61,412 bases of DNA, filler included, from Sphacelaria rigidula (GCA_964200075.2; 9 parts of 9 records of this genome joined end to end with filler, not necessarily neighbours in it), one strand, 5' to 3'. Numbered from the whole stretch's first letter, positions 23,421 through 37,600 are shown. Numbers and translations are program-made. The notes: generated by a model not told the origin, from the letters alone.

Positions 23421-24900
23421 CAAATCTGGATGCGGGCATTCTGCTAACCCCTTGTCCGGTGCCGGCGCTGTTCCTCGCGGTTGATATTTTTTCAAGTGAG
23501 CGATATGTACTGACGTTTCTTTAGAGTCGTCGCCTGTTTTGATTATGTGCACCACCGGCGATCGTCTCTCGGTTACCATGAAAGGTCCGCTCGATGTAGA
23601 TTGGAGTTTCGGGCTCGGCCTTCCTGAGTCCTGTTTTGGAGGGTACACGAGTAACTTTTGGTCGGGTTTGAACGCCGTGGAAGATTTGAATTTGTTCTTG
23701 TTTTCTTGCTCGTTCGTTCTTCTCGTAGGGCTTATCCCGCAATTTCAAATTCAAACTATAGGTTTTCCCGTGTTTCCTTGGAAAATTCTTCGGGTGTCGC
23801 CGCTTGGCTCTCTTCCGGCATGCCTAGAATCATGTCAACTGGCAATCTGGGCTTCCTTCCGAACAATAAAAATATGGTATCTCCTGTGCTGTACTGTGAT
23901 AGGATGTGTTGTACACCATTTGGATGAACGGAGGTGTGGGTGCTCAATTTTTGTTTCCGATTGACCTAAGCCTAGCTAACATCGCGTGCACAGTGGAGTG
24001 GATCCGTTCTGACACTGAGTTACTATGCGGGTGTAAAAGTGCCGTGCGAGGTTTATTGAAACCTAGCCCCTGTTACCCTGCATATGTTAGCTTGTTCACG
24101 ATTCCGGTTCTTTAATTCGAACGCAGCTTTACCGGGATGCCAAATGCAGTCAAGACTTTGTCAATTATCGTTTTGGCTGTATTGATGTGGTCTGTTTTTT
24201 CGGCACCGGAATGGGACATGTTACGGTGAGGTGGTCCAATACGGACAATACATATTTAGTATTCCAGCTTTTGACATCGAAGTTGTTTTTCATTCGACCA
24301 GGTTTTCCGGCGCTCTTTCGTATAGCCGTCCTACCGTAACGTGTCCCATCGGCAATTTTTGGCCGGTTGTGAACCGTTTTCCCGGCGTTGGCAACCCTGA
24401 CATGGTATGCGCATTCCCGTCTTCGCTCTTTTTGCATTTGTTTCGCGGTTGACTGACAGCTCTCGGTCACTTCGCACTAGCTTCAAACGGTCGAGCTTCT
24501 CAGCTGATATTTGACGGTGGTATGTGGTTCGGCTATTTGCAACGCATGGTCTTTTGGCACGTTACGGCATAGCTGTTGTAGCGCAAACAGGCGTGAGAGG
24601 ATGTGCGGAATAACATGAAGTTTCTCCGGTTTTTGTCCCTCATCATTATCATGAAGTTTTACCGGGGTTTACATATCGGCCCAACGGGTTGGCGGTTTGT
24701 ACCATTCCCGTTTTATTCGTCGACTACATGCATGCTGTTCTTGAAGCGATGATGCGCGTGAATGCTTGAGGTACATAAGGCGATCAAGTGTCTTCATCGG
24801 TTATTATGTGCGGCTCCACGACAGCTGTTGTGAGGTGACTTTTACCATTCGGTAGTTGACAAATATTTTTTTCCGTTCCAACTAGTACTGCCATTTTATG
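23385..24900 (-). pseudogene. Heavily decayed Gypsy integrase (and RNase H end)
   Basis: Fragments NTKYVLSVLDHLT, LLFGRKPRLPVDMILG, KLQSTSSGPFMVTERRSPVV (GPF motif) and VHIAHLKKYQPR in shifting frames. Confidence 0.8.
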
Positions 24901-25370
24901 CGGGGAACCTCGGATTTTTTATGGGGGAACCACCCGCGCTTCTGAAAGCGATGGGACCCGGCGGTACTGGCTTTGTATCATCAGCAGCCATGGTGGCCTG
25001 TTGTTCATCTATGAACTTTTGCTGATACACGGTGCATCTGCTGCGGAATCGATTGTGATTGTTTCCAGCGAGGGTGCCGTTTACTCTGGCTGCGACTCTA
25101 ACGCCGGCTGGTGCACAGGATAGCCCTCGGGGCGCATCTGTATACCTGGCGGGTGATGATGCGTTGTTATGGGTCATAACAGTGACTGTCTAAGATCGGG
25201 TTGCAAAGGGGAGACTGGTGTTTCGATTTGGAATCAACAGCTCCTGCTTACAACGATAGAAAAATAATCCCTGAATCAGATATACTTGGTAAATGTTTGG
25301 CCTAGAGGGGAAGCGGTTTTCTGGAAGCGAGAGGTCCGTTTTCGCGAAGCCAGAAATCAATCAATCAATA

Positions 25371-27240
25371 ACAGTGGACCCTGGAAAATGGGGTCCATAT
25401 CAAAAATGAGTTTCAAGTGGCATTTTGTTTTTGCAGGGAAGACGCAAAACACATATGACCGAGCGAAGCCATCTTTCCGCCCAAATATCCGCAGCAGTTA
25501 AGCAGCTGTGGCTAGGTGCACCCAACGAATGCGGCGTACTGGCGTATCGATGGCGGTATCACCAGAGAGAGAAGCAACGACAGAGAGGAAGCTCCTCGCC
25601 CGTGTCTTTTGTGTGTCCCCGCTCGGCGATTGCCAATCGCTCGAGAGATTGGCATTATCAATGTTACCAGCACGTGCCCAATTTTTCATGTGCCAGAACA
25701 TCGAGCTGCGAAGAGATTTCCTCTCTTCTTACAATTGCCAGTCGAGCTCACCAATGCGAAGATCGATTTTCCTCTGCCTCTCTTTTTGGACAGGACACGC
25801 CTCTGTGCGCTGAAAAACATGTTGAAAAGGAGGCAATGTTCCCGTCACCGCTACTACTGTTCTCAGTCACAGACATGCCAGCAAGGGCGGTGGTGCGGCC
25901 ATCACAAATACATTCAATTTGAACTTGGGGGGGGGGGGTTATTCATCGTTGATTTTACCCACATCTGACCCTCTGGGTGCTCGACGACAACAGCATGCCA
26001 CACGCCAGTTGAGGGGGGTGTATGAGAGATCAAACACTTGTAGAGATCTTCTTGACATGCGGAGTGAAAAAAGATATTTATGATGGTAACCTAACTGTTG
26101 CTAGCGTGGCGCGTAGGAGTCCGTCCATGCTGCAATCTGGAGCACACGCTGGTCACGTGAACACCTCGGTACAGTACGAGTAGCTTTCCAGAATTATTCC
26201 GATGTGAGGAGGTCATGCATTACAAGCTGGGACGAGAGTGCTCTACGATCAACCACTTGTTGCATTTGAGACCCACGCCATCAACCGCCGACAGCAAAGG
26301 TCTTGTGGCTTTCACGCAACGCTGTCGGTAGGACCGCAGGCAAACCCGATCATAGCTAGCTTTCGTTGCTCTACCGTACTTACTCCCGACCGAAGTTCGC
26401 AACAGGTATAAAAGCTGAACAGTTGATTTTTCTCAACTACATCCACCCAATTTGAACGGCTCTCAAGACCTGAGGGAAGGTGGCCGCTTAGGTTCCGGTT
26501 AATCATGCGAAGATACCGTCGAACAGCAATACCAACCTTTTCTGGTATTGGCATCAGGCAGTCCGTGGAGAACGGAACAGAAATAAACAAGTTACCGTTC
26601 GTATTAGAAAACAAGGCGCATGAAACGCTTTGCAGGTTAGGAGACACGTATTTTCATGGAGAAGAAACTCTCCGTACCCCCATTAGTGTTGTATGCGCCT
26701 GTAAAAACTCAACCGTCGTTTATTAATACCTGGCGGGGGGACAGGGAAGCCGTCCTCCCTCAAAGAGCGTGCGGAACATGTTTTTTTTGGGGTAGCCGAA
26801 TGGCCGCGTGTGTACTGTACCGAGGTGTTCACGCAGCCAGCGCGTGCTCCAGATTGCAGCATGGACGCACCCCTCTGCACCACGCTCGCAACGGTTGGGT
26901 CAACACCATAGGTATCTTTTTTCACTCCGCATGTCAAGAAGGTTTGCACAAGTGTTTGATCTTCCATACACCCCCCCCAATTGGCCTCTCGCACGCTTTT
27001 GTCGTCGAGCACCCAGAGGGTCGCTCACATACATGTCGGGTAAAATCAACGATGAATAACACCCCCCAAGTTCAAATTGGATGTATCTGCTGTTTTCGCC
27101 GCACCACCACCCTTGCTGGCATGTCTGTGACAGAGAACAGTATCAGCGGTGACGGGAACATTGCCCTCTTTTTCAGCGACATGTTTTTCAGCGCACAGAG
27201 GCGCGTCCTGTCCAAAAAGAGAGGCAGAGAAAAATCGATC
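25371..27240. mobile_element. Long-TIR foldback DNA transposon remnant, right arm cut by the contig end
   Basis: 25761-26177 is the reverse complement of ~26812-27240 (e.g. gatcgattttcctctgcctctctttttggacagg / cctgtccaaaaagagaggcagagaaaaatcgatc). A possible left terminus CAGTGGACCC lies at ~25372. Confidence 0.75.
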
Positions 27241-27340
27241 NNNNNNNNNNNNNNNNNNNNNNNNNNNNNNNNNNNNNNNNNNNNTTAATTAATTAANNNN
27301 NNNNNNNNNNNNNNNNNNNNNNNNNNNNNNNNNNNNNNNN

Positions 27341-27698
27341 ATGCATACTTTTTTTCACTTGAAATTGATGCCGATTCAACAGAAGACTAATCTCGCGGTC
27401 TAAGCGTTAACCCTTAGGCCAACTCTTATGGGAGCGTTTATCATTTATTTTGCAATAATTTAAAACAACATTTTTTTTCTTTGCCGTAGTTGTGTATTTT
27501 GTGCCCGTTCACCATGATGACAAAAAAAGAAAAAAAAATCCTCTGAAATTGTTGCAAAATAAAAATTTCAAATGCTCCCATAAGAGTTGGCCTTAGACCG
27601 CGAGGGTAGGTCACCTGCTGAATCGGCATCAATTTTCACTTTTGAAAAAGTATGAGGAATTCAGATGGACTACTCGCACCGCGGTCTGAAAGGGTTAA
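27341..27698. mobile_element. piggyBac-like MITE (foldback), left end cut by the contig start
   Basis: Arms ~27343-27440 and ~27571-27656 are inverted (ggccaactcttatgggagc / gctcccataagagttggcc). The right end AAAGGG|TTAA is at 27689-27698. Confidence 0.65.
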
Positions 27699-28729
27699 AA
27701 GCGATGGAATTATCTGTACGTTGCGGTGGGGGGACGAGAGGGTCGCGGGCGGGGGGGCATGTTGATGCACGCCTGCTGGGTGACCAATGTGGCCTACGAT
27801 GGTGCAGGATGGTGGCCTTCTCTATCGGCGAAACCAGTTGCTTTGATTCTTCGAGAAAAAACAATAGCTATGCCTCTCACCCGTGACCTCCTGTCGATGG
27901 CATGTTTGACGTGGCTTCTCTGCAACGTCGTTGAACTGATGGCACGGTGCAGGGAAACCACGCGGTCGCCACCACATGAACAAATGAACAAGATGCTCCC
28001 CACGCAATCGGCAAGCCGGCAGATATTTAGAATAACAGGCAATCAATCCAGATAAGGCCGTACAACATACAGTAGCACCGCATGTGAGATCATGTTCGGA
28101 GATGAGGTTGAACCAAGGGTCTGTCGAGAGAAAAAAATCGGACACGAACCACCCCCCCCCCCCCCCCTCCCCCCTCCCGGAGGGCAATTTTTCAAAGATT
28201 ATCGTGATTTTTTTAATGAAAATGATGGACGAAATTGATCGACAAACACTGACAAAAAACGAAAAGTCTGGCGGGCTTTGCGAGGTTCGTATATTTTCTT
28301 CTGCTCCTTGCCCACCCTGTCCTGATGACCTCGGATGCCGGCAACGCTCACACGCATCTACAGTACAGTATGTACAATACACGAGCGTGCGGTAGCGACA
28401 GTCAGTAGCCAAAGTAGCAACATTATCTCGCGTCTCGCCAAATTTGCCCGCACTAGTGGTAAATAGTCGGGGCACACGACACGGAACATGATCCCATAGA
28501 TGGAATCGTGGTAGGTGATCAGCTTGGAGGGGCGGTGTGTCCGTCATCTCAGCGGTCTCCATGCCAAGGATATCTGTACACGGCAGCTGATCGCCTCCAC
28601 CAACGCCTCGGCAATTAACTAGGGGACAGCAGGCTGGGTGCCCCCCCCCCCCCCTCCCCCTCCCCCTCAAAAACTCGAATTTCCGATCTTGGGGCTTACG
28701 TGTCCCGAAATATATTTTTGAGAGACCCT

Positions 28730-29106
28730 TGGTTGAACATTTAAATGAGTTTCAACTCCAAAGCTTTCCTTCCCCTGACCGAAGTCATGATAAAAGACTT
28801 TCAAATGGACGACCTCGTGACCCCGACCTCCCTGAAACTGTTTTGGGCTGTTCCCGCCTTCTGTTCCCCCAAAGGGTGCATGTGCGAAGGCCCTTTTCGC
28901 ATCGATTTCGGGTTGAAGAGAGGGTCGCTCTGAGCCCAAGAATGGTGGTATCGCACACACTCTCTAGGTGAACGGAAGACGGGAAACTCCCAAAATGATT
29001 TCATGCAGGTCAAGGGGCATGAAGTCGTCCATATGAAAGCTTTGGTCATGACCTAAGGTCAGGAAAAATGCTGTTTTGGAGTTGAGACTTACTTGAATGT
29101 TCAACC
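28730..29106. mobile_element. Degenerate foldback MITE
   Basis: ggttgaacatttaaatgagtttcaactccaaa (28731) matches the reverse complement of ttttggagttgagacttacttgaatgttcaacc (29074-29106). Pairing continues inward. Confidence 0.7.
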
Positions 29107-29307
29107 TAATTTTCGAAGATTATATGTTAGTGCTACATTAGTGACCAACAAGAACGCCCGAAAGCCATCATTTTTTTGTCGTTTTGTGAGCTCCGCGGTT
29201 CTTAGGGGGCAATAAATACTGCGTGGTTCTGTCTGGTGATATATCGCGCTTCTATTATAGCTCATCAAGATTATTTTGTACGATTTCATCATGATTTTCT
29301 ACAGTAG

Positions 29308-32300
29308 CGATCGCGCTTCCATCTGCGGCAAACGCTCACGCAGGCAAGGGCACCGTTCCGTCGACATGCTACATCATATCTAGCGCGCTCGGACGTGTGC
29401 TCCTTCATCCTGTCCCAAAAGTCGTTCACCACCGATTTATTTGCGAAGTACGTTTGTGGTGAGTACACGGCTAGGGTTTACTCACATGGTACTGTATAGG
29501 TTGATCACCCTCCTCTGTGTGATGGTCTCCGTGTAAAGCTTTTTTCGGAGAGCAAGAAGAGTATCGCCGGTTCGACCACTTCTCGAGATGATTTAGCCCC
29601 ATTGCAATATGTGCAAGCGATGGGGGTAATATGTGGTGTGTAATTCGTTCCCAAAATTTGCGACATTCCCTTGAGTCTCTATGAATGACTGATAATAAAG
29701 AATCGCAGCCCATGCTTGTTCGCAGAGCGGTACCACTTGTACCGTGCGCGTTGCGGATCGTACCCATGGAGTTTTCTGTGCTTTCCTTGACCGTACCTCG
29801 ATTAGGTGACACGTCGTCAGCGCCTCAAGATCGCAACATGAACCAACCTGATGCCGCTACGTGGGAGGTTGCAGTGGCTGGCAACCGTTGTATGATGTGG
29901 GCCGACTTTCTCGCGATGGCTTCGGACCTGCAGGTAGTTCCCTACTTGATGGGCGTCGATATGCTAAAGGCTGCCATGAATCAAGTGTCTTCGGCACATC
30001 ATCGTGCGTGGGAGGGCGTTGGGTCGTCCCCCAACGATGACGAATCAAGCGCCGTCCCATCGCAAGGGCTACAATATCCGCAGTTTGTAGAGGCACTGAC
30101 TCTACTGTCAACCTACGCTGCCGGGCGCCTGCATCCGCTGTACCCAGACGCCGGTGGCCAGATGCCTGCTGCCCGTCCTGATTCTGGACCACAACGTCAG
30201 GAGCATGGAACCAGTGACTGTCCTCATGGGAGACATTACACAGTGGGTCATATACATCCCGTGGGTACAGGGGAAGACGCTACATGTGACGAGGAGACAG
30301 ATGGGAGGGAGGACGGATATAGCATGCGGGCGCGAGAACAGAGGGAGACGGTTGTGCCTGCTGTCGCAAAAACGAGACGTGGCGGGTGAGCTATGGCCAT
30401 TGCAGATGCGATAACTTGGTCTCTGCGTTGGACCAACCGATAGCCTACATACCTCTGCCTCACTTCGATGTGCTTCGAGCGTGCGTCAGACAGTAGTAGC
30501 GAGCATGATAAATGTCAAGCTAATATTTGCTTCCGGGCGTCATCGTTTCATGAACTGCAGGCCTATATCGACGCCCAGTCCGACCATCGCATCGACGAAC
30601 GACTCATCCACCGATCATCAGCCCAGCCCTTACGATCTGGGGGCTCTCAGAGCCCTGTTCCGTCACATCCGCGCCGCTTACGATGAACATCGCACGAGGA
30701 AGTACGATGGTATGCGAGTAATGTCAGCGCCAAGCTCTCGATCACAACCGGAGCAAGCCTTGCAAAGGAGAAGAGGCCCGTCTACCGCACGAGCAGAGAA
30801 CAGGTTGTACACGTCCGGAAGTGGGATCGACGCCTCTGTGGACTATCAAGGTGCAGTCGATGACACGAGATACGTGAAACGAGAGCTCGGGAAAGAAGAG
30901 GATCATGAAGGAGAGGGCACGGGGGGGGGCGTACGTGTGGAACAGAGGCCAGCAACGCCAAGGGCCGCCGTTTCACGGAAAATGCTCGATATGATCACTC
31001 GTTGGGTTTCGGAGCTTCAGCTCGAGATGCGCCCGCGAGACTTTCACGAAGACGGTGATATGATGAAGGGAAAGTTCCTCCAGCTGCTAGCCGTCCCTGC
31101 TGAAGTAGAGTCCGGAGCAGAGTCGTACGTGTCTATGGGTATGGGACAAGGAGGATGCTACGCGAGGCTCGTTATCATCAAGGAGCTCCAGCCCATTCCC
31201 AACCATGCGCCGCGAGACGTAGTTCCGTTACTGGAACTGGTGTTGGATCAACAACAGGTAAATGCATTGTTTACAATGTCAGCGCAAGGGTCAGTCCGTT
31301 GTTATATTAACATCGCATTCGGCTCCAAGATCCGGGTAAGTTTATCTAGATCAACCCCGCATATCACTCGTTGTCCGTTTTTTTTGCTTCACACTCCCTT
31401 GACGTAGACCGGGAAGTTCGCATCGGCGTTGGAGACCCTTGCACAGGCAGCGACGTTGTGGGGGCAGATATTGAAGTCGGGAACAGGTTCGACCATGCAA
31501 CTTCGGCCACCGGCGGAGAAAACGCGAGAGATCAGAGGACGAGGTGCCTGGCAATTGGATGCAGCTCATGAGGTGCAGGACTAGTACCTAGACCACTATA
31601 GGGTATCACGGAGAGTTGTTTTCCTCCACAAGCCTTACTCACCACGTCACTACCCACTCGTATGTAAAATATGTTCACGATCGTAAGCGGTCACGAGGAC
31701 AGACCATTGGCGAGGGAAAACACTATGCACTGGAAGCATTTGTCCCACAGACTTTTACTTATCGGTCGTCAAGGCATGACCATACTTTGTTGAAGGGTTC
31801 TCTAGACGATATAACCTGGTTGTGTTTGTCACACTGCTGTCAACTTGTCGTTCCTTCCTACCGTATAGACCGTCGTACTTCTCATGGAGGCCAGTATTCA
31901 CCAGGCGGCTGGGAATGATGTCGCTGCTCTCTCGACATTATTAGAGGCAAGAGCTGCTGTTGTCTCGGGAGCTGTCGTGGACCCATATCGGAAGGACACG
32001 CTGACGGCAGTGGTACTGAGCGAGATGGGGTAAGTGTCCACCAATGCATATTGCCTTTAGTTCATGTGGTACACATAAGTCAAAGGGCAAGCTGCGAGGA
32101 TATTACGAAAAAGAGATGGCGCAAGCCACAGAATACGAATCATTTGAGGGAAATAATCGACTCGATCACGAGAGCAACGAGTGACATCTGAGAAACGCGT
32201 TGCCACGTAACTTTTTGGCAATATCAAGGACCGTCCTCTACTACAACGGCCGATCGGCCATTGCACTCAACTGCTTCCGACTGGTTTTGATGCTTCGCCA

Positions 32301-33238
32301 CAAGCTACTACTACGGGGTGTGCCCGAAGAAGATACGGAATGCAGAGATTTTGAAGCGCCGAGTATGACGACACTCGAAGCGAGGCAAGATTCCAGCAGC
32401 ACGTGTAGCGCTCATATTGCGTTGTCCGAGGCGGCAGCCGCGCTAGCACTGAATAACGTGGGAGCTTGTCTGGCCACCGTCGGAGAGAAGAGATCCGCTG
32501 CTGAAGCGCTGACGATCGCTTCGAGTGTCACAACGTGAGCTTTCACCCTTCGATACTGTGGCGATCGCAAAGGGCGACGCAACAATGATGAACATCCCTC
32601 GAGGTTAGGGATCACCCCGCCTCGTACCCAGGTTACTCGTGCACCCGTGTCATCAAGAGTCAGAGAAATGATAAAAGCTCCACTAACCTCGGGGGGGAGC
32701 GAAGTGCGTTGTCAACACATGTTAATCAAGCTGCATTATCACTGCGGATCATTCTCAAGGAAATCTTTGTTTCTGCAATTGCCGTATCCTCGTGCGTCCG
32801 ATCGACAGCACCACGCTCGGTATTCAACACCCAAGATCTGCCGTGGTGGCGAGGAATCTTGCCCTTGTCCGGGCAAGCGCTGGAAACAACAGGGGCGCAA
32901 ATTACAGTAGACACCAAATTCGCACCAAGGACGGGAAATGTGCTGCAGTAGTAGACTCACGAGATCCCATCCTCACCAAAGCCGATTTCGAGTTGTGGGC
33001 TTCTCTGGGCAGCCGACGATGGGAGAATAGCAACATTAACGGGTTTCCACGCAAATCGAAACCGCAGCAGCTCGGTGGTATGGACATGCCGTACGTTATA
33101 ACTGGGGGCTTTTTCTTTTCGGGCAAGTTGCCGTCTAGCGTGGGAGGGGCGAATGTGTCCAGTGAAAAGAGACGAGAGAAGAGAGGGAGGGGGACCAGGA
33201 GCAGGAAATCACGCGGGAAGTCATCCACAAGACGTTGA
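29308..33238 (+). CDS. 3' part of a gene for an EF-hand-like/TPR-repeat protein. Exons ~29308-29458, 29806-30385, 30561-31257, 31408-31572, 31869-32029, 32229-32534, 32809-33238
   Basis: All introns are GT-AG with compatible phases (1,2,0,0,2,2). The N-part DLFAKY..MMWADFLAMASDLQVVP..LQYPQFVEAL is EF-hand/p25-like. The C-part has kinesin-light-chain-type TPR motifs (VLSEMGTVLYYNGRSAIALNCF; ALNNVGACLATVG; LGIQHPRSAVVARNLA). The start of the first exon is uncertain. Confidence 0.8.
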
Positions 33239-34233
33239 GGTTGACGAGACAAATCGGATGTTGAAATCAAGTACACGATTTTTTCACCCAGCCCACGTGA
33301 AGCAACAATCGTACGCACCAAGTCAAATCAACTTGACAGAAGCAAAGTGGGGCGCAGTTTTTTCGACTGACCAAAAAACAATTCGGGGAATCTGGTTGAT
33401 CGAAATCCGTGCGTAGTAGTAGAATCTACTGTTTGAACTGGATCATGACTGTCAGTCGCATGAAAGAAACGAGACAGCATTGAAACGAACGAACATCCTA
33501 GACCTGAGCATGCCCGTATAGAATGTGTAAGCAGAACCTCGCTGGTCAGCTATCACTTATCTACCTACAGCGCGGTCAGAAGTCTGTTGTGTGGTCCACC
33601 AAGGTGCGTCATGACCATCAGAAAGAGATACGCTGCGAGCTGGGCCAGCCAAAGATAGGTGTGACTCTCGCTCAGGCGACGCACGGCGTGATACCAGGAG
33701 TTGGACGCTGAATTTTTTACAGCAGTTTTTTTTTGTTATCGAAGTGCAGAAAATCACATGAGCAGCAAATAAAAAAATAGAAAAACGAGGAAGTTACGGG
33801 GATTCGAAATTTCAGCAAAAACAAGATAATGCCACAAGTCCAGTAAAAAAAAGAGAATCTGCAGCTGCTCAAGTGATGTATCATTTCCTTGGGTGCAGAA
33901 GGTCTTCCTGACATTTCAGCTCAAGAGTTGTCGAGTTGGGCCGTGCGTGCAACATTTTGCGTGACGCTGCTGCACCCCTATAATTCAAGTGATGGGAGAC
34001 TTCAAGTACGGAGGTCATGAGTTCGAATCCCGACATATCCTCTTTTATTTCTGCACTTCACAGTGTGATATGCTTNNNNNNNNNNNNNNNNNNNNNNNNN
34101 NNNNNNNNNNNNNNNNNNNTTAATTAATTAANNNNNNNNNNNNNNNNNNNNNNNNNNNNNNNNNNNNNNNNNNNNGGTTACTTGATTCCAGTATTGGAGC
34201 GGGGGATCATTTTGGTCATTAATAATATTGATG

Positions 34234-34245
34234 ATAATAATAATA

Positions 34246-34303
<58 letters not shown>

Positions 34304-34417
34304 GATAATGAATAATGAATAGTGAATAATGAATAATGAATAATGAACCACCCGACTGCATTGCACGGCAGAGATCCAAATAAACAGCACATGCCATCGA
34401 CAACTGCACGTGGTGTG

Positions 34418-34458
<41 letters not shown>

Positions 34459-34463
34459 TGTGT
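34234..34463. repeat. Microsatellites (AAT)n, (AATAATG)n and (GT)n
   Basis: Directly visible at ~34235-34302, ~34305-34348 and ~34419-34464. Confidence 0.95.
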
Positions 34464-34683
34464 GCTTATACATGACAGTGGGTACGCGTACTGCAGCATG
34501 CTTACCGCCTCGTGGGGCATATTCGCGTTCTGCCTTTCTCCTTCCGTATCTCAACATGGCGCGCGGTTTTTGTGTGATACGTTTCTCGTCTTCGGCGGGG
34601 GCGGGCTACCGTGTGTCGCTATTTTCCGAATCCAATGGGCAATACTCGATCCAACGGGCTTTCTCTGACTCGCCGGACAACAG

Positions 34684-37600
34684 GAGCCCGTGACTTTCTT
34701 CACGTGAGTTGGACCGTGCTTCTCGTCTTCTGATTGAGTGCCGTGGAGTGTGCGTATGCCTCCGAAGTTCTGTTTGTTGTACTATTGGTGGTTGTAGTAG
34801 TTGCGAGCACCGTACACTTGATTGGTTGGGAGCACTTGCCTGGCGCTGAAGCCGTTGGACTGAAGGAAATGGGCTACTCTGGTTGCTACGAACGCCCGCG
34901 AGTAAGTAAAACACGCACTACACGTATTTGTGATGAACGCTGGCTGCATAAAAAAGTTGGGCCGAATAATTCGGGCTGTTCTGTTGGCTGTACTCCACGG
35001 TAGTAGTCCATGTCCGGGTACCATCCACATGAAACGGAGATATTCCCATAGGTATCCGCCGAGAGAACAACCGCCTTTTCACATTGGCGACACCAAGAGA
35101 TAACTCGTGCGCTTCATGAACAGAAAGTCCCGGGTTCGAACCCCGCCTCCCAGCAATAAGACGAAAAATAGTCAGGTGCCCCCCCTCCCCCCCCTGAAGG
35201 TGAGCAGGCAGCAAATAGTCGTAAGAATGGCGGAGGAGTAGACAACTGGTGGGTGGCCTTCGAGCAGAGTGCACAGTCTCGCGGGAAGGTCTTCTGCGTA
35301 TGGCGATTGTTGATTTGGCAACCCAACACACATGGTAAAAGATAAGTGAAGAAAGGTGTGCATCTTCACCGCTAACCGGCGAAAATAGGTTACCTTGCGA
35401 ACTCTCCTCGTCAAAAGAACGCACGAATAGGCTCACAAGGAGGGGGGGGGGGGGATGATGTGGATGTACCACCACATAGAAGGGAAGAATTCCCGTTAGT
35501 GTGTCCGTTGAGGAAGCCACCTTTTTACACATATATATTAGTTAAATATATTATGGTCATCCCTGTCTCGCATTTCCTTCAGCTTTTAGCGAATGTTTCC
35601 GTTTTGTTTGCCTTGGGTGCGTGTATTGTAGCTTTTGATGTCGACTGAACGGATCCCTCGGGGGTGATTTAACGCTAACTTTCAACAATCAATCAATTAC
35701 TATTTTGGATGGCTGAGCACAAAACAGGGTTTTCTCAGCAGCGGATCGCCATCGCACTTGTTCACTTTGTCATGTGGAAAATGACTCACGCCGTTCAACA
35801 AATGGAACACGACCACTTCCGCGGTTCGCTGTGAAGATATTCCGCCAGGCGCACGACTCATTACCTTCCACAAGTGTGCTCGTTAAAGCCTGTCGCCTGC
35901 CTTGTACGAGGCGTACGTTCACTGCGTCGTTGCGTGCTTTTTCTCTTTGTTGGGGTCCACAGCTATACTGTGACGGAATATCTACTTGTTTCTAATTGTC
36001 CTGTTACAGAGCGCTAGGCGTGACGACTCTCAGCTACGCGTGGTGGATGATGACGAACGAGGAGTACCAGTACAGCAACATATTCGAGTTTTACAGAAGC
36101 AGGATGGAACGGCGCAAATTCGAGAGCGGGGGGTTGGACGAGGTTCGCTTGGCCCAGGCACTGGTAATACCCCCTCCACCCCCTTTTCAACACACTATTG
36201 GCGACTTTGTCGAGAGAAGCGCTCGGGGAAAATAGAAAGAGGCAGGAAAGGGTTGTTTTGACGTTGAAACCTAACGCCTGACCCTCGTGGGGTTTCGCGT
36301 TTGTAGTTGAGCCCCGGCATGGTTGAACGGGGAAGTAGAAGTACAACAACTTCTTCAACCATAGAAGATCCTGTATGATATGTTGTGATCTCTTTTAGGT
36401 CATTTTGCGTCTCATCATTGAGGGTGTCCACTTCTGCGTTTTATCGATGAGGATGTTTAGTTTCATGTTTCATCACTGCAGATCTTCAATTCCACGTTGT
36501 ACCGTCGCATCATACTGGGAGCACTGCCGTGAGTGCCACCGTATGAATCTGGTACGCAGTATACCACCCCATGAGTAGCAACACCTCTGGATGACGACTT
36601 TTTCGCTTTTTTTGCACGATACTAGCTCTGCAAAACCATATAGGGGCACCCAGTGTAGCAGCACTCCCAAATATCGCCCTGGGTTGGTTCGATGACGACT
36701 TTTTGTCCCGAAAACGTTCCACCCGAGGGGGTCGAATACGCCATCATCTGCGGTATGCGCTTACGCATAGACTGTCTTCCGCGGCGGGGCAGTTCTCGGC
36801 TCCTGGGGAGAGATTGGCCTATGGATGTAAAGCGGAGTGAATATGGATTAGTGTTCATGAGAAGGACTGACCCTTGGGGTGGACTGCAGGTGGAACGTTT
36901 TCCGAGATACATGACCTAAGATCCAATAGATGTGGTAGTTGTAGATCGGGGTTTAGAAACCCCAAGAACCTGAGGTGCGTGCCCAATATCATGTCAGAAA
37001 ATATGAGTTATCAAGGGGAAATAATTATGCAGGAGAGTCGACTAATTTGGTCCGCCGAAGACAAGGGGAGGGAAGGGGCATGGAGAAAGAGACGGGGGGA
37101 GGGGGGAGGGGGGAGGGGGGGTGGCACTCATGATCTTGCATGGCGTAGTCGTAAGACCACTGACCACGTATCCCTACAAACGCGGGACGGAGCACGCCGG
37201 GTTTTCGCTGGACCAGACTCGCAAACACCAAGCGCGAAGCGCCGCGGTTTGTTCGGCAAGTCGCATGAAGGGTGAGCTGCATCCTGCCAAGATTGTTCGG
37301 CCCGAAGCGTTTCGATTATCTCGCATGTGGATGACAAACTCTGATAATTTGCGTTATTTTCTGGTATTGCCACTTGCAGAGATACCCACGGGTTACACTT
37401 CTTCATGAGTATTTCACCAAATGAAACACGACGTCTAATATTGCGATCGTCTCCTTTGCACGGAGTTGAGGTTCTCCCACTCCGCACAACATGATCTAGC
37501 TCTACCACCATCATGGTTACCGCAGGAAAACGCAAGCGACTCCAACATGGTTACCTGGATGCCTAGCTTACGCAGTAAGCCACGTGTTTTACAGCGTCGC

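Noticed and set aside
17510..33238. Single gene joining the giant exon (17510-20166) to the TPR exons
   Set aside because: They are on different contigs separated by two artificial linkers, and the splice phases are not directly compatible.
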